From a virus (Duplodnaviria; Caudoviricetes): 34,949 nucleotides of DNA. The stretch spans positions 1 through 34,949 of IMG/VR virus record IMGVR_UViG_3300047399_000110; one strand, written 5' to 3'. A program made the translations under genes and the position numbers. Position 1 is the stretch's first letter. The number at the start of each line of letters is the position of its first letter. Positions 1 to 8,540 of the stretch are shown here, one piece after another. The notes below the pieces were generated by a model. The model was not told where the DNA came from. It made no database searches and saw only the letters and a list, made by a program, of their open reading frames with translations.

Positions 1-1697
1 TGCCAGCCCCGCGGCGTGACCCGGACGGCGGTCCAGTCCGGCGTGCCGAGGTCGACCAGGATGCCGCCGGCATCGCGCGCGTAGCGCAGTGACAGGGCGA
101 CCTTCGAGTGCCGCGCGTCCGCGCGCAGCATGTCCAGCGCCACGTTGCGGTTTGTCTCGTTCAGCGGCAGGCCCGCCGCGCGCACCACGTCAAGGCACCA
201 GTGCTCGGCCTCGCGCCCGTCCAGCGCCACAGTCTCGGTCACCGTGCCGTTGTACTCGAGCCGCCGGCGCCCGCCGTATGGCCGCGCGTCCGCCGCGTTC
301 ACGCCGATCCAGTCCAGCCGGTCCCGCAGCAAATTGTAGATGCGCTCCGCGGCACGGGCCTGCTCGCCGTCATTGCCACCGCGCAACTGTGTCACGCTGG
401 CGGCGGCTGTGGCTGGTGCGGCGGGTGGAATGGCGGTGCCTGGTCCCGTGCCGGTTGCGCCTGATGCCACGCTGCCCCCCTGTGCCGCACCGTACTGCGC
501 GGCCATGTATCCTGCCACTGCCGGTGCCGCGATGCCAGCAACCCGCACGGCCTCGCGCACCGCGGCCGCCACGGGCATGTCCACGACCGGCGACGGCGCG
601 GCCAGCTTGCGGGCGTGGTCCGCGATGGCTGCCAGGTCATCGGTGCGCACGGCCAGCGCGTCCTGCAGCACCTGCGCCAGTCCCGGCACCTCGCGCCGCA
701 GCCACGGCCACCCGGACAGTTCCCGGCCCTGCGCCGGATGGCCCAGCTCCTTTGCCGCCGACGCCGCGCGGTCGTTGGGTGCCACGCTGCCGGCGGCCAT
801 CGCGATGTCGCGGATCACCGCCGGGATGTCCTGCCACGGCCAGCCGCCCTGAAGGAGCACGCGCGCCATCGGGTGCGGCAAAAAGTGCCGCTGGCCCTCG
901 GCCTTGGCCCACTCGCTGGCGGCCGCGGCGACAAGCACGGCGCGGCGTTCCGGGTCGGCCGCCATCTCCGGCCGCGCCTCACCGCGCGCCGCGGGCGCGG
1001 TGCTGAACGCCACCTGCGGCAGAACCGGCAGTTCGCCGTCCAGCCAGTCCAGCGAGTACAGGCAGTCCGCGTCGCACTGCAGCAGCCTCACCGGCCGCGG
1101 CGCGTCCTGCAGCTTGCGGTTCCACGTCCCCGGCAGGCGCAGGATCCGCGCGAGGTCGCCGACGTCGTCGCCCGCGTGCGTGCCGTCCGGGCCGCGCAGC
1201 ATCTCGCGGACCCGCGCGTTCCACAGCGGCACTGACTTCAGGCGCTCGCCTGTCACCGGCGCGTCCAGCAGCCAGTAGCAGTGCAGCCCGCCACCGGAGT
1301 CCACCACGATGCTTGGCGGAACCGCCACGCGCGACAGCCGGTCAAGCGCCGCTTCCTTGCCCGTGCAGCCGTTGCCCTTCTTCGACACGCTGCCATCGAG
1401 TTCGGCCCACAGCGCCGTCACCGCCACCACGTCGTGCGCCGTCCCGCCGCGCGCCCGGCGCGCTGCCACGCCCACGTACACGTCAAGGCTGGCGGCATCC
1501 GCGCTCGCCGCCACACGGGCCACGCCGTCCAGCGAGCCGACGTCCAGCCACGCGCGCCACTTCGGCGCGGCCGCGCGCACGCCAGCATCGGCCCACGCCG
1601 GCGCAAACGGCCTCACCTCCACGCAGCCTTCCGGCGCACGCCCGTACAGCGCGCCCAGGAAGGCCGCGGCTTCCTCCACCCGCAACCCGTCCGTCAT
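1..1697 (-). CDS. RepB-like/AEP-superfamily DNA primase fusion (probable primase-helicase), running off the left edge
   Basis: Absent from the ORF track because no stop codon lies in the window. Manual translation from ATG 1697 gives MTDGLRVEEAAAFLGALY...LDVYVGVAARR...ALWAELD...PPSIVVDSGGGLHCYWLL...DLARILRLPGTWNRK, matching RepB-type primase motifs. An Ala/Pro linker follows, then ...VDLGTPDWTAVRVTPRGW, which resembles the region before the ATPase domain in such fusions. Confidence 0.8.
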   Translation of the reverse strand, partial: MTDGLRVEEAAAFLGALYGRAPEGCVEVRPFAPAWADAGVRAAAPKWRAWLDVGSLDGVARVAASADAASLDVYVGVAARRARGGTAHDVVAVTALWAELDGSVSKKGNGCTGKEAALDRLSRVAVPPSIVVDSGGGLHCYWLLDAPVTGERLKSVPLWNARVREMLRGPDGTHAGDDVGDLARILRLPGTWNRKLQDAPRPVRLLQCDADCLYSLDWLDGELPVLPQVAFSTAPAARGEARPEMAADPERRAVLVAAAASEWAKAEGQRHFLPHPMARVLLQGGWPWQDIPAVIRDIAMAAGSVAPNDRAASAAKELGHPAQGRELSGWPWLRREVPGLAQVLQDALAVRTDDLAAIADHARKLAAPSPVVDMPVAAAVREAVRVAGIAAPAVAGYMAAQYGAAQGGSVASGATGTGPGTAIPPAAPATAAASVTQLRGGNDGEQARAAERIYNLLRDRLDWIGVNAADARPYGGRRRLEYNGTVTETVALDGREAEHWCLDVVRAAGLPLNETNRNVALDMLRADARHSKVALSLRYARDAGGILVDLGTPDWTAVRVTPRGW

Positions 1698-1723
1698 GGC
1701 GGTGCCCCACTCGTCGCGATGTT

Positions 1724-1948
1724 TCAGTTGCCTGCAGGCGCAGCGTCGCGCGGCAGGGCACGCTCCACGAGGTCGCGGATCGCGTCCGAGCGGGTCAGCC
1801 GCGCACCGGGGTGCTGCCGCTTCATGCCGTCCAGGTACCCGTCGATGCGCCCCAGCAGGTCAAAGCCGATCCGCACGGCCAGCTGGCAGTCCAGCTGCTG
1901 CTCGCGCGACTCCGTCACGGGCGGGTTGGTGGTGTGGTTCCGGTTCAT
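1724..1948 (-). CDS. Ribbon-helix-helix (CopG/Arc/MetJ-like) DNA-binding protein
   Basis: ATG 1948 follows GGGGA. The stretch QLAVRIGFDLLGRIDGY...LTRSDAIRDLVERAL fits the RHH strand-helix-helix pattern. It lies directly upstream of the primase. Confidence 0.7.
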   Translation of the reverse strand: MNRNHTTNPPVTESREQQLDCQLAVRIGFDLLGRIDGYLDGMKRQHPGARLTRSDAIRDLVERALPRDAAPAGN

Positions 1949-1992
1949 GCCTTGGTCCCCGAGCGGCCGGTTGCAGGTGGCCGCATGGCCGG

Positions 1993-2021
1993 AAGGTGCC
2001 ACCGGCGCATTGCGCTGTCAA
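1993..2021 (-). promoter_or_regulatory. Leftward sigma70-like promoter for the RHH-primase operon
   Basis: The minus strand reads CAATGC-TTGACA-N17(ending TGG)-CACCTT. It shares the CAAYGY-TTGACA context of the three cassette promoters. Confidence 0.5.
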
Positions 2022-2565
2022 GCATTGTGCGGCGGAAAGTGGCCGGGAAGGTGGCCTGGACGGGGCCGGATGACGGCGGCGTGGAACCGGGTGAGCGGCC
2101 TTGCCGGGAAGCCATGCTTCCAGAAAAGACGTTGACGCTTACGTCGCTGCAACCATTGCGCTTTGCCTTGGCATTGAGCCGAGTCGCAGGCAAAATGCTG
2201 CAATGTTGCCTGTCTTTACAGGAGGCTTGACCGGATGACGTAACCGTGCAAAGCCAAAGGCGTTTGGAAGGTTGTGGAGGTTCAGGAGCGTTGTGCACTA
2301 TGATGAAGAAGAAGAAAAGAGTACCTAAAGGCCCCTACGGGCGGGCCGGAGAGGGGGAGGACAAGGGGACAAGAGTATAGAATCGACCCTTCAGAAACGG
2401 TCAACCTCCCAAACATGATTGCAAACAGCAAGTTGCGTTTTGATTCTGCTCCAAAGAACCTTCCCATAAAGTCTTTCATGCCTCCGGAACGCCCTATTGA
2501 CTCTTGCTGTAAAGTCATGCAGCGTTGCCTTCACGGGCCATGGACGGCCTGCAGAGGAGTGCGCA

Positions 2566-3192
2566 ATGGCAGGTCAAAGGAAAGCAATCGTCGCGGACGG
2601 CACGGTCAGGTTGGCGAGGGACAAGTGGGTCAGGTTGGTGGCGAGGTTCATGGCCGAGAACACGCACCTGACCAGGCAGGACCAGGCCGATGCCATGGGC
2701 GTGCAGATCCCGACGCGCAACAAGTGGCTGGCATCAGCCAGGGCCATGGGCATCGAGGTGCCAGACCCGGTCAAGGTTTCCCCTGTGCCGGCGTCGTCCA
2801 ATGCCGAAGCCATCGCAAGGCGCGCCGAGAACAAGCGCAGGGTCGCCCTGTTCGATGCGGACATCCCCGAGTGCGTCCTGCACCATGAACTGGGGTTCTC
2901 CGGCATGACCCTGCAGCAGGCTCGCTCCGCCACCCTCGCCGAGGCCAAGCGCCTGCGCAAGTGCGGCTACTGGGTCAAGATCCACAAGGTGGACGCCGGC
3001 TGGGACGAGCCTGCGACCGGGGAGCCGGACGAGGTGCCGGTCGAGGTCCCCGATGACGTGGGGCCGGTGCCGGTCGAGGTGCCAGAAGACATGGAACTGG
3101 TGCAAGCCGTGGCCGAGGCGCCGGCCGACGAGCCAGCCCGCCCGTGGTACGCCCACCTGCCCAGGGAACTCTGGCCCGCCAGCGCGCTCTGA
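2566..3192 (+). CDS. Hypothetical protein with possible N-terminal HTH and acidic Pro/Val/Glu-rich C-terminus
   Basis: AGAGGAG Shine-Dalgarno before ATG 2566. LTRQDQADAMGVQIPTRNKWL resembles a helix-turn-helix. GC-rich third codon positions. Confidence 0.6.
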   Translation: MAGQRKAIVADGTVRLARDKWVRLVARFMAENTHLTRQDQADAMGVQIPTRNKWLASARAMGIEVPDPVKVSPVPASSNAEAIARRAENKRRVALFDADIPECVLHHELGFSGMTLQQARSATLAEAKRLRKCGYWVKIHKVDAGWDEPATGEPDEVPVEVPDDVGPVPVEVPEDMELVQAVAEAPADEPARPWYAHLPRELWPASAL

Positions 3193-3198
3193 CCAGCC

Positions 3199-3356
3199 TG
3201 CGACAGATCCTGTCGCATGACAATGCACGGTGGCAGGCCATTGTTTCCTGACGCGGACAATCTTCAACACGGCAGCGCCATTGTCCTCGGCGAGACACTC
3301 GTGAGACACCAGTGAGACACTCGTGAGACAACTTGCGACAGATCCTGTCGCATGAC
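3199..3356. repeat. Two identical 19-bp palindromes flanking four 11-bp tandem repeats
   Basis: TGCGACAG-ATC-CTGTCGCA, each followed by TGAC, at 3199-3217 and 3334-3352. GCGAGACACTC / GTGAGACACCA / GTGAGACACTC / GTGAGACAACT at 3290-3333. Confidence 0.9.
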
Positions 3357-3537
3357 GGCGTTCGACGGACAAATGTCGCAGGTAGGCAAAGTTTGCGGGG
3401 TTTCGGCCCCTCACGCTGCCGTTCGTGAGCTTCCGGGCCGGGCGGCAACGCGAGGGTGCGCCGTCTCAACGGTTGCTTTGCCAGCGCGCGCATGACATGC
3501 TCCGTGGGGCCGGAACATCCGGCCGCGGAGTTGTGCC

Positions 3538-3963
3538 ATGCCACGCAAGCGTAAGGAATCCCAGCAGCTGGACACCAGCACGCTGGACACGGCCGCTGCC
3601 GCTGCCCCGGACGGGGAGCAGGCGGCCGGGGGCCTTGAGGAACCCGGGAGTGTGACCTCGGCCCTTGCAGGGGAGAACTGCGCCTTTTTGCCGGGACCGG
3701 CGAAGGGGGCGAGGAATGCCCGCGGGACGGGGTGGGACGACCTAGACAACTGGCCTTTGGCTGTTGGCGATTATGCCACTGGTTTGAGCCTGTTGCAGTG
3801 GCTGTGGTCGTTTGACCGGGCGTACAGCATCGGGGACCTGACGGCGATGGCACAGGCCCGGTTCGAGTTGAGCCGCAAGCGGCGCCTGCCCGGGCACTAC
3901 TACCACGTGCTGCGCAAGATGGCGAAGTCGTGGCGGTTGCGCGAGACGCAGCAGCGGATGTGA
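3538..3963 (+). CDS. Hypothetical protein
   Basis: GGAG before ATG. 141 aa with a disordered N-terminus and a helical, basic C-terminus. The stop codon abuts the first microsatellite. Confidence 0.6.
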   Translation: MPRKRKESQQLDTSTLDTAAAAAPDGEQAAGGLEEPGSVTSALAGENCAFLPGPAKGARNARGTGWDDLDNWPLAVGDYATGLSLLQWLWSFDRAYSIGDLTAMAQARFELSRKRRLPGHYYHVLRKMAKSWRLRETQQRM

Positions 3964-3965
3964 CG

Positions 3966-4014
3966 CGCAAGCCGCAAGCCGCAAGCCGCAAGCCGCAAGC
4001 CGCAAGCCGCAAGC
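3966..4014. repeat. Microsatellite (CGCAAGC)x7
   Basis: Perfect heptamer array just after the stop codon at 3963. Confidence 0.95.
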
Positions 4015-4129
4015 CGCTGGCATGGCCGCGGCCGCGATTGTTTCGTCCGGTGGACAATGCAGCTGGTGCAGCTGCCGGGTCGCGGGCGGCCCCCGCCGCT
4101 TGCGCCTGCGTCCCGTTGTCATGCAACGC

Positions 4130-4157
4130 TTGACAAGGTTGTGGAGCCTGCTACCAT
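4130..4157 (+). promoter_or_regulatory. Cassette 1 sigma70-type promoter
   Basis: TTGACA (4130-4135), a 16-bp spacer ending TGC (extended -10), then TACCAT (4152-4157). Confidence 0.8.
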
Positions 4158-4204
4158 GGGCGACAGATGGGCCGCTGGACTTGGCCGATCGGATGAGGCA
4201 ATTG

Positions 4205-4714
4205 ATGAAGACACAAAACTGGCGCCTGACATTTCACAACTCAATCCTTGGTTGGTTCCTTGTGTCTGCCCGCTGCAAGGGTTGTAAGACACTGTACAGC
4301 CACGACATTCCGTTGCACGTTCAAGACTACTGTGAAGCGACCCTGAAGAACGGTCGCTTGCTTCTTTCGCCTGGCGCCCAAGAGGTCGTGTCTGCGTACC
4401 CGGACGCAAGGGCGGGCAAGTACGCGGTCAAATCGTGGGAGGCCATCGCAAAGCCCGCGAAGGCCCGCAACTTGCCTGCCCCGCCGCACCTCGACTGGGA
4501 CGATGCCGAGTACGCAGGCGACGAGCAGGACGGGGTCTACTACGGGGCAGTGAAGCGGGGACGGTGGTGGTGGGCGTTGGCCACCGTGGACAGCAACACC
4601 GGCGGCTTTGTGGATACGTTGTGCGAGGAGCGGCACCGTTCGCGCAAGCTCGCGGAGATCGTCGCGCGAAATGCGGCACTCAAGTGGTGTTGTTACAATG
4701 GCGTGGAGGTGTGA
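4205..4714 (+). CDS. Hypothetical early protein (cassette 1, gene a)
   Basis: GAGG before ATG 4205, in frame with ORF 4022..4714. Begins MKTQNWRLTFHNS and contains CKGC. Confidence 0.7.
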   Translation: MKTQNWRLTFHNSILGWFLVSARCKGCKTLYSHDIPLHVQDYCEATLKNGRLLLSPGAQEVVSAYPDARAGKYAVKSWEAIAKPAKARNLPAPPHLDWDDAEYAGDEQDGVYYGAVKRGRWWWALATVDSNTGGFVDTLCEERHRSRKLAEIVARNAALKWCCYNGVEV

Positions 4715-4715
4715 G

Positions 4716-4994
4716 ATGTGGGTTGCACTGGACGAGCACAACGTGGTGATCGGCATGGGGGAGCGGATGCTCGAGGCGGCGCGCGAGCCTGCGGAGCGCG
4801 AGGGGCTGGTGGGCCAGATTGGCTTGCTGCGGTGGTACGCGGACAACCTTCCTGCCATTTACCGGGCGTCACCGGAAGTCGTGGCGGCGGTGCAGGCCGA
4901 GCGCACGGTGCGGTGCTGTGTGATGCAGGACCTGCCCGGCGGCGACCTGTTCGCGCACGTGGACGAATTGCTGGACGGCGAGGTGTCGCCATGA
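4716..4994 (+). CDS. Hypothetical early protein (cassette 1, gene b)
   Basis: GGAGG Shine-Dalgarno, with the ATG 1 nt after the upstream stop. Begins MWVALDEHNVVIG. Confidence 0.7.
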   Translation: MWVALDEHNVVIGMGERMLEAAREPAEREGLVGQIGLLRWYADNLPAIYRASPEVVAAVQAERTVRCCVMQDLPGGDLFAHVDELLDGEVSP

Positions 4995-5206
4995 ACCGGT
5001 ACCCTGTGCTGGTGATGGTGGTTGCGGCGAGCGGGTGCCTGACGGCTGACGCGTTCCACATCGGGGGCGCGAGCACGGCGGACGAGGCGATCCGCGCGGC
5101 GCGCATGCGGGGCTGGTGCATCGTGCCGGCTGGCCGTGGTGGCTTTGTCTCGCTGCGCGACGAGGGCGGGGCGCCGGTCTGGTGCGTTGCCGTCCGGCAC
5201 CCCTGA
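4991..5206 (+). CDS. Hypothetical early protein (cassette 1, gene c)
   Basis: ATGA overlap with the previous gene and a GAGG Shine-Dalgarno. Begins MNRYPVLVMVV. The stop abuts a microsatellite. Confidence 0.65.
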   Translation: MNRYPVLVMVVAASGCLTADAFHIGGASTADEAIRAARMRGWCIVPAGRGGFVSLRDEGGAPVWCVAVRHP

Positions 5207-5234
5207 AGCAAGCCGCAAGCCGCAAGCCGCAAGC
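5207..5234. repeat. Microsatellite (CGCAAGC)x4
   Basis: Same heptamer as 3966-4014 (first unit AGCAAGC), again directly after a stop codon. Confidence 0.9.
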
Positions 5235-5246
5235 CGCTGCACCAGC

Positions 5247-5292
5247 CCGCGCCCGCGCCCGTTACCAGGCCGCGGGCGCGGCCGTTTTTGGC
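5247..5292 (+). terminator. Intrinsic terminator of cassette 1
   Basis: Stem CCGCGCCCGCG/CGCGGGCGCGG followed by CCGTTTTTGGC. Confidence 0.7.
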
Positions 5293-5348
5293 ATTGGCCG
5301 AGCGGCCGGCGCGCGCCTGGCATCGCATGCCGCAGTGTAATGCAATGT

Positions 5349-5376
5349 TTGACAAATGCCGCGAACCTGCTACCAT
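5349..5376 (+). promoter_or_regulatory. Cassette 2 sigma70-type promoter
   Basis: TTGACA-N16-TACCAT. The stretch CCTGCTACCATGGGCGACAGATGGGCCG is identical to cassette 1. Confidence 0.8.
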
Positions 5377-5442
5377 GGGCGACAGATGGGCCGGATCCGC
5401 GACATAGGGTCGCGCAACTTGGCCGATTGGACAGGGGAAACA

Positions 5443-6300
5443 ATGGACAACGCAATGGACCTCCGGCAGTTTCAACCGATTGTGGCAGAGTCTCGGCGCT
5501 TGGATCGCGAGCGCAAGGCAAACGCAGAACGCGAGCGCAAGGCAAAGCGCAAGGCACCAAAGGCAACGCGGATTCTCGTTTACACTGGGCCGTCCCGGTA
5601 CACTGGCGAACCCGTGATCGCGTGGATCACGCTTACGTCCAAGAACGCGAAGACTGGCGACATGATCACGCTCTGGATCACCGCGGACCATGGCGCGCCG
5701 TCCAAGGCGGCGTGCGGCAATTGCGCGCAATTGGACAATGGTTGCTACGCCCAGCAGGGGACGCCGAGCATGGCTTGCCGTTCGTCGCTTCGCGCGATCC
5801 GTCGATGGCAGGCTGGCGCCGACAACGGGACCATGGACGGCCGCGCCTTGACGCTGGCGCAATGGCGCCTTGTGCTGGGCCATGCCATCCTGCGTAATGC
5901 AGGCTGGGGCGACTCGAGTGCACTGCCCGCTGGCATCGTGTCACGGTTGCACACTGCGGCAGCGAGCGTCCGGGCGTACACGCACGATCCTTCGCAGGTT
6001 CTGGCGCGGTCCATGCTCTCGGTTGAATCCGCGGCCGCATACGCTGCAGGCGTCGCAGCTGGCCATCGCGTTGCGGCTGTCGTGCCCGCGGACACTGGCA
6101 AGGTTGGTGGCATGCCCGTGCCAGCTGGGGCCGTTGTTTGCCCAGCCATTAGCACGGCCGGCAAGGTTGGCTGTGACCGTTGCACGCTCTGCAGCGGGAG
6201 CGACCGGCCCACAGCGCCGCACGTGCTCTTCCCCGCGCACGGGCCCGGCTGGCGCAAGGCCGACGCTATCGCGCGCGCGGGCTGGGGCTGGAATGTTTAG
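5443..6300 (+). CDS. Cys-rich, probably metal- or Fe-S-binding phage protein (resembles Gp88/DUF7227-type proteins)
   Basis: AGGGG Shine-Dalgarno before ATG 5443. Motifs SKNAKTG, CGNC-x6-CYA, LRxxxxGD, AYTH, CPA-x8-CDRCTLC and FPAHG. The family resemblance is from memory and was not searched. Confidence 0.7.
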   Translation: MDNAMDLRQFQPIVAESRRLDRERKANAERERKAKRKAPKATRILVYTGPSRYTGEPVIAWITLTSKNAKTGDMITLWITADHGAPSKAACGNCAQLDNGCYAQQGTPSMACRSSLRAIRRWQAGADNGTMDGRALTLAQWRLVLGHAILRNAGWGDSSALPAGIVSRLHTAAASVRAYTHDPSQVLARSMLSVESAAAYAAGVAAGHRVAAVVPADTGKVGGMPVPAGAVVCPAISTAGKVGCDRCTLCSGSDRPTAPHVLFPAHGPGWRKADAIARAGWGWNV

Positions 6301-6367
6301 TGCCGTGGCGCTTGTCTACGGGCCCGTGATCGTCGCAGTAGCGATCTACATGCTCGCGCGCGACTAG
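6293..6367 (+). CDS. Putative 24-aa single-pass membrane peptide
   Basis: [24 protein letters not shown]. Its start overlaps the upstream stop and it ends before the terminator. Confidence 0.45.
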   Translation: MFSAVALVYGPVIVAVAIYMLARD

Positions 6368-6388
6368 CACGGACAACGCAACCCAAAC

Positions 6389-6429
6389 CAACGGCAGTGG
6401 CACACAATGCCACGGCCGTTGCCGTTTTT

Positions 6430-6432
<3 letters not shown>
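6389..6432 (+). terminator. Intrinsic terminator of cassette 2 (CACAA loop)
   Basis: CAACGGC-A-GTGGCA[CACAA]TGCCAC-G-GCCGTTG followed by CCGTTTTTGGC. Confidence 0.75.
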
Positions 6433-6594
<162 letters not shown>

Positions 6595-6609
6595 TGCGCA
6601 AGACAATGT

Positions 6610-6637
6610 TTGACACCCGCGGCAAGTCTGTTACAGT
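6610..6637 (+). promoter_or_regulatory. Cassette 3 sigma70-type promoter
   Basis: CAATGT-TTGACA-N16(ending TGT)-TACAGT, followed by CAGATGG as in cassettes 1 and 2. Confidence 0.75.
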
Positions 6638-6694
6638 GTGTATCAGATGGCGCCGGGCAGTCTGGCACGATCGGACCATAACGGAGTAAAGACC

Positions 6695-7012
6695 ATGATT
6701 CACAAGAACCTTTTGAACCTGCGCAAGATCCAAACCAACGGTTGGGCCACCATGGAACGCGACGAAATGCACGCGATCGTGGAGCCCGGTGACATGACGC
6801 GCTACGACGTTGTGTGCATCGGCGACGCTGCCATCGCTAGCTGCGGTCCGCGCCAATGGGTCATGGTTGGTTGGCGCGGTGACCGTGGCGCGGTTGTCGT
6901 GACGTTCGGCGACGATCTGACCAGCTACAACCGTGACGTGCTGCAGTGGTTGGCCACTCTGGCGATCGGCGCTGTGGCAGAACGTCCGGCCGTGATGGAC
7001 CGGTACCTGTAG
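6695..7012 (+). CDS. Hypothetical early protein (cassette 3)
   Basis: GGAG Shine-Dalgarno before ATG 6695. Begins MIHKNLLNLRKIQ. Bounded by a promoter and a terminator. Confidence 0.7.
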   Translation: MIHKNLLNLRKIQTNGWATMERDEMHAIVEPGDMTRYDVVCIGDAAIASCGPRQWVMVGWRGDRGAVVVTFGDDLTSYNRDVLQWLATLAIGAVAERPAVMDRYL

Positions 7013-7032
7013 CCAACCCAACCCAACCCAGC

Positions 7033-7077
7033 ACAAAGGCCGCGGCACACAATGCTGCGGCCTTTGTCGTTTTTGGC
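7033..7077 (+). terminator. Intrinsic terminator of cassette 3 (CACAA loop)
   Basis: ACAAAGGCCGCGGCA[CACAA]TGCTGCGGCCTTTGT followed by CGTTTTTGGC. Confidence 0.8.
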
Positions 7078-7104
7078 GCACACTTCCCGCTCACCTGGTC
7101 ATGC

Positions 7105-7133
7105 GGCCCAGACTGGCCCAGACTGGCCCAGAC
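7105..7133. repeat. (GGCCCAGACT)x3
   Basis: 10-bp tandem repeat; the last copy lacks the final T. Confidence 0.85.
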
Positions 7134-7237
7134 AAGCGCCCACAATCGGCCCACAACGCACGCAACGCACCATGGCAGGGTACATGGTAGGGGCGTCTGG
7201 CGTCTGATAACGTGCGACACTGGCCGCGCCTGGTCAC

Positions 7238-7349
7238 CGGCGCTCGGCGCTCGGCGCTCGGCGCTCGGCGCTCGGCGCTCGGCGCTCGGCGCTCGGCGCT
7301 CGGCGCTCGGCGCTCGGCGCTCGGCGCTCGGCGCTCGGCGCTCGGCGCT
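7238..7349. repeat. Microsatellite (CGGCGCT)x16
   Basis: Perfect heptamer array followed by degenerate CTCGGCCCCGGC units to about 7388. Confidence 0.95.
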
Positions 7350-7628
7350 CGGCCCCGGCGGCTCGGCCCCGGCGACTCGGCCCCGGCCGCAAGCGTTCCG
7401 CCAATGATCCCGCACACTTGCAAGCCCAGCACCACGATACCCTGCAAACGTGATCACGGGTGCAGGTGCCACACTGCACCCTGAAACAGTGAACAAATGT
7501 AAAGGCAACAGACGTTGCACTACGCTCGCGTACGCGCTACCCTGCCGCTGGCCCGGCACCCCCTCCCCGGAGGTGCCACGGGAGCGAGGAGGGGTCCATC
7601 CTCTTGGATGGGTCCCCTCTCCCCCACA

Positions 7629-7750
7629 TGCCCGACCCCGTGGCAGCGGGCATTGACCTGTTGCCCGACCCCGTGGCAGCGGGCATTGACCTGTTGCCCG
7701 ACCCCGTGGCAGCGGGCATTGAGCCTGTTGCCCGTCCCCGTTGGCAGCGG
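7629..7750. repeat. 33-bp tandem direct repeat, 3 copies plus 1 degenerate
   Basis: TGCCCGACCCCGTGGCAGCGGGCATTGACCTGT at 7629, 7662 and 7695 (the third has a 1-bp insertion), with a partial copy at 7729. No spacers. Confidence 0.9.
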
Positions 7751-7823
7751 ACACCGTGCCGTTGCGACCCGTCGCCGTCCGCGGACCACATGCCCCGGTC
7801 CCGGGCAACCGGCAAGGAGCCAC

Positions 7824-8540
7824 ATGCCTGACACCGCAGCCCCGACCCCCTCCCCCCGGTCTAAGAAGCCCTCGAAACTGAAGGCAAAAACGGCAGGGTC
7901 CCCTTTGGCCCCGGAAACTGCCGGGCAAGTTGTGGACATGGGCGTTGCCACCCCACCCGCCGAAGAAGCGCCTGCGGCGACGCAGGATGCTGGCGTTGCC
8001 AAGGTCCACATGCGGGCGGACCCGGGGCAGGAGCCTGCTCCGGCGGTGCTGTCGCTGACGCCGGGGCAGTTGCGGGACCGGCGGCTGGAGAAGGAGATTG
8101 CGACGGCGATCAAGCAGATGAAGGGGAGTCTGGATGGTACGGTGGAGTTGCTGTACATGGACGGGACGAGCGGGCTGAAGGCGCCGGGCAAGCACCGTTT
8201 GGACGAGGTTGGCGGGGTGGACGGGATGCGGGTGGTATTCCGCGGGCAGGTGGGGAACTTGCTGCGGCAGTTTCCGGCGAGGGGTGGGGCGCGGCTGGTG
8301 CTGAAGGACCGGCATGTGCGTGCGCTGAAGCTGTGCGACGAGCATGCGGCGCGCAGTGACGCGTTTGGCGCGTGGCTGACCGAGCAGAATGCGGCGAAAT
8401 GCGCGCAGGAGTGCGTGTTCTTTTTGCAGGCGCTGCACGTGGTGATGCAGCCGTACCCGGAGGCGGTGAAGGACACGGTGATGGCGGCGTACTGGGGGCA
8501 CCGGGACCCGGAGCGTGCCCTGGAGATGGAGCTGTCGTGA
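7824..8540 (+). CDS. Hypothetical protein
   Basis: AAGGAG Shine-Dalgarno before ATG 7824, in frame with ORF 7515..8540. First gene of the rightward packaging/structural block. Confidence 0.7.
   Translation: MPDTAAPTPSPRSKKPSKLKAKTAGSPLAPETAGQVVDMGVATPPAEEAPAATQDAGVAKVHMRADPGQEPAPAVLSLTPGQLRDRRLEKEIATAIKQMKGSLDGTVELLYMDGTSGLKAPGKHRLDEVGGVDGMRVVFRGQVGNLLRQFPARGGARLVLKDRHVRALKLCDEHAARSDAFGAWLTEQNAAKCAQECVFFLQALHVVMQPYPEAVKDTVMAAYWGHRDPERALEMELS

Noticed and set aside
89-1700. Several plus-strand ORFs over the left end
   Set aside because: They are shadows of the minus-strand primase gene, which has clear motifs but was missed by the ORF track because its stop is outside the window.
2030-2560. 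tRNA/ncRNA or protein gene in the intergenic gap
   Set aside because: No cloverleaf or TTCGA T-loop context. The ORFs there lack the phage's codon bias.
7629-7750. 33-bp repeats as a CRISPR array
   Set aside because: The repeats are contiguous with no unique spacers, and there are no cas genes.
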